A DNA stretch of 62,179 nt, counting the filler, from Kipferlia bialata (lineage: Eukaryota), in NCBI GenBank assembly GCA_003568945.1. It is 4 parts of 4 records of this genome, joined end to end, with 100 filler letters (N's around TTAATTAATTAA, not from the genome) between each part and the next. Parts side by side here need not be neighbours in the genome. Positions count along the whole stretch, not along the records: positions 31,969 to 43,154 come from BDIP01000451.1; positions 43,255 to 62,179 come from BDIP01000452.1; 2 more parts are not named here. One strand, 5' to 3'. How positions within the stretch are numbered: the stretch's first letter is position 1; every line of letters begins with the position of its first letter. Positions 40,741 through 52,200 of this stretch are shown piece after piece. The notes beneath the pieces are model-generated. The model was not told the DNA's origin, searched no databases, and saw nothing but the letters and a program-made list of their open reading frames with translations. A program made the translations under genes and the position numbers.

Positions 40741-40772
<32 letters not shown>

Positions 40773-40870
40773 GCATTCCCAGACATGTCGATGGAGACAA
40801 GCTGGNNNNNNNNNNNGAGAGAGAGAGGCATTCCCAGACATGTCGATGGAGACAAGCTGGTGTTAAGGGT

Positions 40871-40910
<40 letters not shown>

Positions 40911-42940
40911 ACGTACCTGCGGCCATGCTGCAAATACGTCAGTGCACGTGGAGTAGAGGTTGTGAATTATATATATATATATATAGGTATGTGTGTATAT
41001 GTATATATGCACCAACCTCTGTCCAATCTGCAAACACGTCAGTGCACGTGGAGTAGAGGTGGTGAAAGTATCATATATATATATATATAGGTATGTGTGT
41101 ATATGTATACATGCACCAACCTGTGTCCATGCTGTAAATACGTCAGTGCACGTGGAGTAGAGGTTGTGTAATAATCATATATATATATATATATATTAAT
41201 GAGAAAAGTATATGAGTATAGTATATAAATATGAGATTATACATGTGCATACCTGCGTCCATCCTGCAAACACGTCAGTGCACGTGGAGTAGAGGTTGTC
41301 GGATATGTCAAACTCAACCAGGGAGGTGAGGCCTGAGAGTCAGGATCGGTATCAGTATCAGTATAGAGTAATGATACGTATCAGTATACAATAATGCCAG
41401 TGATGCCTGAGAAGTGGGAGGGTAGGGTGAGTATCAGCATCAGCGTATAATAATACGTCTCAGAATAAAATAAGGATCAGTATCAGTATCAGTATCAGTA
41501 TCTAAGATCAGCAGAGGTATATGTTCCGAAAATGAATTATAGTACAATAATGACACTGATACTATTATTAGTGTTACCTTCGAAGTGGGATGGCAGTGTG
41601 AGTGTGAAGTCATCAGTATCAGTACTATATAATAATATACCACATATAATATTGTGTTATTAGAGTATTAATGTACTAACTCTGATACCTTCGAAGTGGG
41701 ATGGCAGTGTGAGTGTGAAGTCATTGGCAGACAGGTCCAGGTGGGTCAGGGAGGTCAGACCCCCAAAGCAGTCGGGTAGGGCTCTGATCTGGTTGCCTGA
41801 GTTATTCATACATTAATATCACAAGTATATAATATATTAGTTCAATACAAGTAAATAGTAAGTATACTTAGAATCTCTCTTGCCTGATGCATTGAACACC
41901 TCGAGGGTGGTGGTGGAGCAGAAGCCCTGGGGTGAGAGGGGTATGTAACAATATTACACAATATACGACTCATGAACAAGAAAGTGTCGCACCTCTGGTA
42001 TCTGTCCATAGAATGTGTTGCCGGACACATCTGCATTCTGGAGGGAGGACATGGATCCAAGGGCAGCTGGGAGAGGGCCTAGGGTAATGTACATGTATAC
42101 TTAGAGAGAGAGAGAGAGAGAGAGAGGATATGGATCCAAGGGCAGGGAGGGGGAGGATATATATATACGTATACAGAGAGAGAGAGAATGGTCCCACCTG
42201 TGATCTCGTTCCCCGATACGTTGAGAGACACACACATGTATAGACCAAGGGGAGAAAACATTTGTATATTAATATATATTCAAGAATGGTATATGTGATA
42301 TATAATACTTGCCTGTGATCTCATTCCCTGACACATTGAGTGACACACATGCTGTCAACTGGCCAATGTGGTTGGGGATGTACCCAACCAGGTTGTTATT
42401 GGACAGATCAAGGGCAGTGATCCTGAGGTTAATGATATACATTGGAATGTATGTGTCCATATGGTTGATAAAGCGAATATAGTATAGTATAGTATATAGT
42501 ATATATCAGGGGCAGTGATCCTGAGTATCAAACCAAGAGGAGAGTACTAAGGCGGTCAAGGAGAAGACACAAAACCACTGATAACTTGAGCAGACAATAC
42601 ATACACGATTTACAGAAATATATTATGGGTAAAAGACTAGTATGTGCGATATATACCTGTATACAAACCCGTCTGCCGCCCTTACATATTTTAGGGTGCA
42701 CATAATTGAAAATACTATACACACCATGTAACCAAATAGATGAATGTGAGTGTACACACACCCATCTGCCGCAATGGCATATATATTATTAATATATTAT
42801 TAATATATATTATTAATATATACTAATATATACTAATATACATATATAATACATAGTATAACTATCAGTGTACCTGTACACAAACCCGTCTGCCGCACTG
42901 GCATCTACCTCCATGGCACAGGTCACGCCGGAGAAGGAGT
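34203..42940 (-). CDS. Gene E: LRR + Cys-rich (CxxC, TNFR/ephrin-receptor-like repeats) + multi-TM cell-surface receptor, 5'-truncated
   Basis: Plant-type LRRs: ITALDLSNNNLVGYIPNHIGQLTACVSLNVSGNEITGPLPAALGSMSSLQNADVSGNTFYGQIPE and LTSLTHLDLSANDF. Cys-rich repeats: CTECGEGYQQPLAGMSVCDPCPIGTYGPEVGMDYCLDC and GHTHSLCSACSEDYF. Multiple TM helices at 36086-37275. A Pro-rich tail ends …FADMSR*. Confidence 0.88.
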
Positions 42941-43154
42941 CTGGGGGTGAGTGGGTATTATACATGTACAAAAATATATACAATATCATATACAACGGTC
43001 ACGCCTGAGTCTGGGGGTGAGCGGGTATCTATATTTACACACATAATGCATTGTTCTACACCACTGAGAGAAGTTTGTCCGGTAAGAGAGAAAGAACTGG
43101 ACACATGGAGAGTGGGGGGGGGGGGGGGGGGGGGAGGGGGGGGGGGTCCCCGAG

Positions 43155-43254
43155 NNNNNNNNNNNNNNNNNNNNNNNNNNNNNNNNNNNNNNNNNNNNTT
43201 AATTAATTAANNNNNNNNNNNNNNNNNNNNNNNNNNNNNNNNNNNNNNNNNNNN
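43155..43254. other. Artificial contig-joining spacer
   Basis: N44-TTAATTAATTAA-N44, flanked by poly-G and poly-C. Confidence 0.97.
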
Positions 43255-43436
43255 TTTTTTTTTACCCTTTTTTTCTCCCCCCCCCCCCCCCCCCCCCCCA
43301 GGCTGTCTCCACAAACGCCCCTTCTAATATAATACTCATATATTCTATAACTGAACCACGATAAGAGTAAATGAATTATTGATCTATATATCATACCAGT
43401 GCATGTTATCCCCATTATCTCCCCGTCCCACCCCAG

Positions 43437-46349
43437 GCTGTCTCCACCAATGCCCTCTCCACTGTGTCGACACTCGCGCCAAAGACAAGGTACATCCATA
43501 TATTGTATATTGAGCACAATTGAAAGAAATACTCTACACGCATATATATTTGTCCCGGTGTCTTTCCTGACACTCACCCTAGGTCCCAGTCCCCTGACGA
43601 TGTTGCCCTCTTCCTACTGACCAGTGTGGATGTCAGGGCAGCCCTCTTTGGGTCGAGGTATAAGTGAATATACTTGTATATATATGTGTCTTCAATACAT
43701 ACTCATCTTTGTTAAGCATATTCTAGGATACAGTGTGGATGTCAGGGCAGCCCCGTTTGGGTCCAGGTACGATACATTATGTACCACTGTTATATATATA
43801 TATATATAAACATTGATTCTTTCATATAAGTCTGTAGAGTATCAATGTGTTTGTATAAACAGGTGTGTATGTGAGGGCAGCCCTCTTTGGATTGAGGTAT
43901 AGGATATATGATATGTATGATATACTCTCTGTACTCTACTCACTTGTATTGGATCGAGATATGATTTTCATTTGTAGTTCAAGACATTCTAGTTTCACTG
44001 TGTGTTTACCCCAGGTCCTATGGTTCTGAGGCTGACATGGCTCGCAAGCTAGCAGTCCTCGCCGTCAGTGACTGGAAGGCAAGGAACACTCGGTCAAGTG
44101 GAGTCAACGAGTCTGACAAGGTCACGGATCTTGCCAGTGAGGACCAGTGGGTGGTTGCACAGACTGAGGAGACTCTGCTGAGAAGGTGAGTAGTATTATT
44201 GTCGTTGGGAATCGAACCCAAGTCCTCTCACCTCTCAGGTCGTCCCACATTAGGGAGATGCTAGTGGTTGCCAATGAGGTGGCCACCCAGGACCTGACAC
44301 CGACAGAGTCCACACAGCCACACTCTCTCAGGTACTGTCTATCCTAATTCTCTCTACCCACCTTCCTCCTATCTCTGAGGCATTATCGTCTCTAATCATA
44401 GACTAGAGGTTCCCCCCTCCAACGCCTCCTCCATCAAGGGGTCTCTCTCTCTCTCTCTCTCCCCCCCCCCCTCACTCTCTAATCATAGACTAGAAGTGCC
44501 CCCCTCCAACGCCTCCTCCATCAAGGGGTCTGAGCCCTGGCGCAGTGTGTCTGTGTTCAACACCCAGCCCCCTAGTGCATTCACCACATCTGCAGCATCT
44601 CTGAGGGCATTCAACCCGGCCAATAACAGGTACGTATATATTTCTTTGCCAATGGATAACATGGCCAACAACAGGTTATGTGACAGTGTACATGTGTATT
44701 ACTATTTTGACATGGTAACCTCGGATTCTCTAACCTCTAGCTTTGATGCTGATGACACTGAGGGTGACGGCATCTCCCTGCCTGTGGACAGAGAGGCAGA
44801 GAGAGAGGCAGACGCAGACGCTGATAAGGGTGGCAGGTAGATATCACTATATATATATAGAGAGAGAGAGATAGAGAGAGGCAGAGAGAGAGGCAGACGC
44901 AGACGCTGATAAGGGTGGCAGGTAGAGTATTGTGCACTATATACACAGGGAATTGTCCATCATTCATATAAATTCATATATACCTCTATGTAGATACTGA
45001 CCCTGGAGTGCTGTCCATCGAGGAGATGCTGCTCACAGCCAATTCTCCATATTGCATATATACATATGTGTGTATGTACATAACTCAATGATCTATCACT
45101 CACTCTAGGGTACTGTCCATCGAGGAGATGCTGCTCACAGTCAATTCTCAATGTTGTATGAATGCATATATACATGTATATGTATGTACATACATCAATG
45201 ATCTATTACTCATTACAGGGTACTGTCCATCGAGGAGATGCTGCTCACAGCCACATGGGAGGACATTCAGGTATCTACACATGACTGTAGATATTTATAC
45301 ACAGTATTTCACTCCAGAACATTGGGTTGTCTTATGTTAAGTTTTATTTTTGTATTTGATTATATATATATACTTAATATCTGGAATATTTGTGTACACA
45401 TGTGTATACTGATATCAGGTCCAGGGTGGCAGACTGGGGTGTATCATAGTCTTTAATATATGTATACCATTTGTATTCTACACATATACATGTAGTGTAT
45501 ATGTTGACTGAAATTCTATACCTTTATGTGGAGTGTATATGTATGTGGACTAACATTAGGTCCAGGGTGGCAGACTGGAGGGAGAGAGAGAGCAGGAGAC
45601 CCGGTCTGGCCCTGCCCTAGGGGGTGTCATAGTGGGGAGGCTGCCCCCAGAGATGGTGGCAGGTATATATAATATATATAGTATATAGTTATATAGTTAT
45701 AATATAATAATAATAATATATATATATATGAGTATATGTATACACATGTGTATATATAGTGGGGACCCCCGGAAATGGTGGCAGGTATGGATATATACAT
45801 AGAGATATGGTGTATAATAGTAATGTATGCTCGTCTCTAACCCCAGCTCTTTCCAGCTTCCTTTCCTCATTGTATAAGTGCTTGATGTTTTTTAGTTACT
45901 TGTATTTACCCCAGCCCCCACCTTCCCCTCTAGATGTATAGATAAGTACATGTTTTGGATATCTTACCCCAGCCCCTTCCCGGCCCACCTTCCCCTCGAA
46001 GGGTGTGGACCAGGAGGTCGAGAGGGAGAGGGAGAGAGAGAGGGAGAGGATGTCTGCTGCCAATGCCTCTGCTGCCCTATATGCAGACAGAGAGAGGGAG
46101 AGGGAGAGGGAGAGAGAGCAGTACGAGGCAGAGAGAGAGGCACGGGGGAGGAGGCGTAGTAGGAGCAGAAGCAGGCGCCGTTCTGTTAGGTCACATGTCT
46201 CTAGACACCCCAGGGAGAGAGAGAGAGAGTACGAGCCGATAGGGGGAGAGAGAGATGGTATTGAGGGTGCTGCAGGGGGAGAGGCTGAGAATGGCGACGA
46301 CATTGCCGACCAGCTGAGACTGCTGCTCAGGACAATGTCGAAGCAGTAA
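43437..46349 (+). CDS. Gene F: 3' part of a hypothetical protein with an ERE/RS-rich C-terminus
   Basis: In-frame exons AVSTNALSTVSTLAPKTR / SQSPDDVALFLLTSVDVRAALFGSR / SYGSEADMARKLAVLAV… / VLSIEEMLLTATWEDIQ / …QLRLLLRTMSKQ*. Confidence 0.7.
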
Positions 46350-46549
46350 ATGTACAGTATATCACCGATATGATAGTCAGTATCAGTCATATGATAGTGA
46401 AACTGTATGGGGTTATCTGTAGTTAGTAAGTAGCCAAACCGAATAAACATCTCGATTTAGAATTTATATCTACTTTAAGTGCTTGATTTAGTGGATAAAT
46501 CAAGAAGGGCCATCTGCTACCACTAAGCTTATTGTCTCCCTCCTTCAAC

Positions 46550-47339
46550 ATGTCTACCATTACCCCTGCCCCTGTCAACACCAGTGACTTATCTGCTGTG
46601 GAGCTGAAGGAGCTGGTGAACAGTAGGTATGGGATATAGCAGTGAGGCAGTGTTTTACAATTGCTATATACTTGTGTATGTATTCTACTATATATAGATC
46701 TAGATGCAGATAAGTCAATAATAGAAGGTAGTATTCCCATGAGCTGCTGAACAGTGTGTATGGGACACATTGTAATACAATGACAATATACATATACTTC
46801 TCTCCGTATGCTACTATATATAGACGCAGTTAGGTATATTGTTACAGTTATTATACCCATCTGATGCTCTAGGAACAAGCAGTTGAGCTCTCTGGAGGAG
46901 GGTGTTGAGATGAGTGACAGTGATGGAGACAGGGGCCATGAGGAACATGACAGGCCATGTACATCCTCACTGGTACGTGTATGAGCAGTATATATAGGTT
47001 AAGCTTAGATGTATGTGTTTACACTATACATTTTGTATATGCGGCGAGAGGGACCATGAGGCAGAGCATGATAGGCCCTGCATATCGCTTACTCATGTGA
47101 CTGACCACATATACATACCCCCCTCTCCTCCCCCCCACAAACACATACAGCCACATCCACCCTCATTCCCCTCTCCACTTGCCTGTGGTTGGGTGTCTTG
47201 TTCACTATTGTATTCTATCCCACCACCGCGCTGTTCTGTAACCTCTACTCTCACTTTCTCGTTACTCATCTTACTCCAGGTAGCCATTGGTGTCCTGTTC
47301 ACACTGCTGGTGGTGCTATGGATCACAGTGTTGATGTAG
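46550..47339 (+). CDS. Gene G: 78-aa protein with a single C-terminal TM helix (tail-anchored)
   Basis: Exons 46550-46626, 46873-46972 and 47280-47339 total 237 nt: MSTITPAPVNTSDLSAVELKELVNSRNKQLSSLEEGVEMSDSDGDRGHEEHDRPCTSSLVAIGVLFTLLVVLWITVLM*. Confidence 0.75.
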
Positions 47340-49284
47340 TGGGGCATAGGTATGTATAGATAGAGTGTGTGTTGGTGCATATGTTAGGCGTATAGTATTT
47401 GTAGTATATTTGTAGAGACTGGTGCTCTCGATTACATTGTTCATGAAACTCAACAATAGGTATTCAAATGCCAAAGTGATTCAGAATATACTACAGTATA
47501 TATCGCTTGTATATCACTTGAATATATATATATTATATACTCATAAATATGTGTATGTGTTATTATTCCTTACTCCCAGTAATGTGTTCACTTGTCGAAA
47601 CAACACCACCTGTTCGTGTACACGTGGGACACCAACGTTTGACTGCGATACCGGGGTGCGTAGGAGGTATCCATACTCTCTGCATCAGAGTGTGCATATC
47701 GCCACATGATGTCCTGACATTCACCGACTCTCAGAGATCCGTACTGGCCACAATCGTTGTTGGCGATGTTCTCAACTGACCTTCCCTCCCTATTCTTCCT
47801 CTGAGATGACCCCCCCCCCCCTCCCCTCCCCCTTTCATTCTTCCTCTGAGTGATGTGGCATTGCGGGGATGCTGCAGGTTCTCTACTGGTCCTGATACAT
47901 GTGCTAGTAGAGCCCTCCTCCGCCCCCTACTTCGCATCCATCCTTTCCCACTGCTATGTTATGGATGGGTGTGGGCGGATATATATCATATAGGGTGCGG
48001 TGTGGTTGTATAGATACCTATATCGTCACATCTATTCCGGAGCAGGAGGGACTCCCCACCCCCCCCCACCCACAGTGTGGGTCCACACATACCCTATGGG
48101 TGCGGGCATATGTCTGACCTTTGACGTGTCTTGTATAGGGAGAGTGCGAAGCTTGAATGCTTTGATATGATATCAATAGACAGAGAGTGGTATTCAGCTC
48201 TTAGATCTAACCAAGGCATCAGACACAATGCTTTCGAGACATTATCCATACCCTCTGCAACACCATCCAGGGGGAAACCAAACCAAATTCTACGCGAGAT
48301 ACTCGAATCAATTCTCTGGTTCACACTGATTGGTGTTTGATTATAGATACAATGACGTTACTCTTATCATACTCTCTAAGCCACAATAGCTAAGATGACT
48401 GTTGCCACCGGAAAGAAGGTAGGAGGGACACTACCGAACCCATTATTAACAACACTGTAGACTTGCTACGAATGCTTCTGTACCACCATGTAGAGTGACC
48501 CGTGCAAACGTCGAGGATTTGGTATATTCATGTTACCTATTATACCTGGACATATATGTATGTATACTTACCCTTACGTGCTTCACTATGTGTTTGTGTC
48601 AGTATATTAGTTGTGATAACTGCCTGTGTTGCACACATATCCCGACAGACCATCTAGAGTGACTTCCTATTGTCCACTCTGTTCAATGTCATACCCGCCT
48701 GCGCTCTCTGGCAGACCTCTCTTACTATACTCCCTCTTACTGTCTATGTTCGTTCCCGTAGTGGTTACACTCATAGTTTCTGCCCCCCCCCCCCCCCCCC
48801 CCCTCCCCCCCCCCTCCCTCTCCCCCCTCTCCCTTCCTCTCTCTCTCTCTCTCCCTCTCTATATATGTATGTGGAAGTATTCCTTGTGTCCTTCTACACC
48901 TCTCCCATGTATATAGTAGGTCACGTTTGTGTACACTGATTGAACGAGGACCCGTATTCTCTCTCCTTCCTGCCGCAGAATGTATATGTATCTCTATATA
49001 TATCACACTGAATGCCATATACATATATTCATATCAGGTAGAATAGGGACCTGTGCCCCCTCTATCCTATATACACACCATGTCGTATTTATCGTCACCA
49101 TACAAGATATATTTATATCTGTAAATGTATATATATGTATACTTATGTGTCTGGATGTGTGTGTGTCGTGATACCAGGTGGAACAGGGAGCTGTGCCCCC
49201 CCCCTTCTGTTTGCATCTCATAATATATAGACTACTCCCACACTATAAATTTATATATATAATTAGCATATATAATGATTCCAG

Positions 49285-52200
49285 ATGGAACAGGGACCTG
49301 TGCACAATCCTCCCCCAACAGGATCTGATGAGACTGCCAAAGATGGGAACACACGCCACAAGAGAGCCCACAAGGGTAATTAGTTGTGTCTATGGCTAAA
49401 GAGTATTGTATACTGTTATAGTATAGTAATAATTACTATATATAAATATATATATGGGTGACTGATGAGGCTACCAAAGATGGGAACACATGCCACAAGG
49501 CTTCCAACCAAGGTTCAATACGATTATAATGGATATAATATGGTATTTCATACTCAGTACTATCTATAGTAATTCTCAGTTACGAGGCAACCAACCAAGG
49601 TTAAATATCAATAACCGTACTTGGCCTAGTATATTGCCAAGAGTATATGTGTTAGAGCGATAGCAGTTATAATACTGTATTGATGCAGAATACTATCATG
49701 TCACTAGGAGTCGACAGTATCAGAGCACTGTCAATGGTGTATTGAAGGAGAATCACTTGGCCTAGTGGTAACACTTACTAGTATAATTAGACAGTCTAAG
49801 TTGATTCACAGGTCACTGGCAGTGTGGAGTGGACGGTGCCAGAGGGAGATTGTGTTCAATAATTGTACATATTATTTAGAGATTATAATTATTTACAGTT
49901 CATGGTAATATTACAGAGAGACTTAACCATCAGGTCACTGGCAGTGTGGTTACAAGTAGAGTTAGATAGTCTATATTAACACTTAGGTCACTGGTAGTGT
50001 GGAGTGGACAGTGCCAGAGGGAGAGGAGAGAGAGAGAGTGGTGAGGCAGATAATGGCACTCAACCACCCAGACCGTACTCTGAACGGCACGCTCCAGAGG
50101 GTTGTGCTACCCAGTCCCGATGAGCCAATTACAAGTCTCCCTTACTATGACGGTATGACAAGCTATACTCAATTTTCGCCTCCATTCTCTCTCTCTCTCT
50201 CTCCCACTATTTCTGCATAAAACTACATTGTATATCAAGCTTGGATATCAGACTGAATCACCTCACCCTCAGGCCCCATCTTTGGCACCCTTGACGAAGC
50301 AGTGCAGCAGGTATAACAGTACATATATTATAAGTGTATATATATATACTATTGTGTGTGCTGATACTGATACTGATACAGACGAAGCAGTACAGCAGGT
50401 ATAATGGTATATGACTATTATGTATACTCTATTGTAGAATATGTACATTATATATACTCTACACTGAAACTGGAAGGCAAGTTTGAATCGTTTTGATTCA
50501 GTCATATGTATACTGTACTGATAGCAACACCTTACAACCACTGGATGCCAACTGGATAGATATCAGTATCAGTATCAGTAGATATGCTGACACATATATA
50601 ATGTATATATATACTGTTCTGATACTAACACAGGCACTGGATGCCAACTGGATAGAGTGCATATCTCTTTTGATATTGTGTATATAGTATGTATAATTCA
50701 CATATGTTGGATATTATGTGATATTATGTAAATAGTATGTATATTATAGACATGTATGTTGTATACTATATATATTTTACAATGTATTACTTATGACTCA
50801 CCCAGGCACTGGACGCCAACTGGATAGAGTGCATGTCCCGTTGATACTAAATGTATTATGCAGACATTGTATACTATATATAGAATAGATGTATTACTTA
50901 TTACTCACCCAGGCACTTGATGCCAACTGGATAGAGTGCATGTCCCCTATATCCTTCTGGCAGGAACAGGCATTGGGGACTAAGGTATCTCTCTCTCTCT
51001 CTCTCTCGCTCTCTCTTCTATAATATAATAGTATATTATTATTTGGTAGATATTGTTATCCCCCTTGTCCTTCTGGCAGGAACATGCAGCACTAGGCACG
51101 AAGTATATATGACCATACCTATGAATATATTGTATATATATATATTTATTATATTCTCTTATATTATATAGTAGAAGGGAGAAGGCATATTTATGAATCG
51201 AATAGTGAATTCAACATATGTGTATATGTATTCTATTACTCTTACTTTGTATACTATTGTGGCAGGAACAGGCACTCGACACAAGAGTGCTCTCATGTGT
51301 ATACATGCTTTGTCTATCTCTCCCTCACCAACTATACACATTGTACACTTATACTATAACACTTTTCGGGAGGCCCTCCTGGGGCTAACTGACACAAACT
51401 GACATGGGAAGTTTTAAGAATTGCTAACTGACAAACTGACTGACAAACTGACAACTGACCTGCCACTATTTCGAAAACTGCGGCCCCTGTACACTTTCAA
51501 TACCATACCATCTTTACCATCTATTTGTGTACTATTCTGTATAGTCTATGTCAGTTGACTTCTGGCCTATAGAGAGGGTCGGGAATGTATTCTAGGATTT
51601 GACCCCCTAAAGAGTTTGGACGTCATGATAGTATTACTAAAACACAGTAACCTCAGGCCTATAGAAAGGGCACCCTTAATACTTGTCATTATTTGGAATC
51701 GTCATTAGTAGTTTTTGTATATATTCTATTGACCTCAGGCCTACAGAGAGGGCAGGGGCGGGAGGGTCATGACACAGAAGCACTCACCCCTGGGTGATGG
51801 TGTCTATATACTACCAGGCCTAGTCAAACACAGGTACAGAAGTATTAAGTATATATGAATCTATGTATCTTGTTGCACAATGGATTATTATACTGTATAT
51901 ATGTATATGATTATATACTACCAGGCTAAGTCAAACACAGGTAAATATTGTATATAGTGTATATGTGTATGATTACATAATGGACCAGATAGATAGACTT
52001 CATATCAGATCGATTTCGGACACAGGTATTACTATGTCAGTTCTTTAACTATTTGTATATAGATACTGTATAAGTATGTGTATACCTACAGATACCTCTC
52101 TCTCTCTCTCTCTTTGTCTCATATACAGCTCTGTGCCCAACTGTGTCAGATGAAGGCTGGAAGACTCTCTCTCTCTCTCTCTCTCTCGTTGTCTCACCTA

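Noticed and set aside
47570..48340. Minus-strand coding-like fragments (VENIANNDCGQYG…, MDNVSKALCLMPW…)
   Set aside because: I could not build a consistent spliced model or recognise a family, so support is insufficient.
48461..48760. TAG reassigned to Gln (as in some fornicates)
   Set aside because: Genes A, G, H and J end cleanly at TAG, and long exons elsewhere contain no in-frame TAG/TAA.
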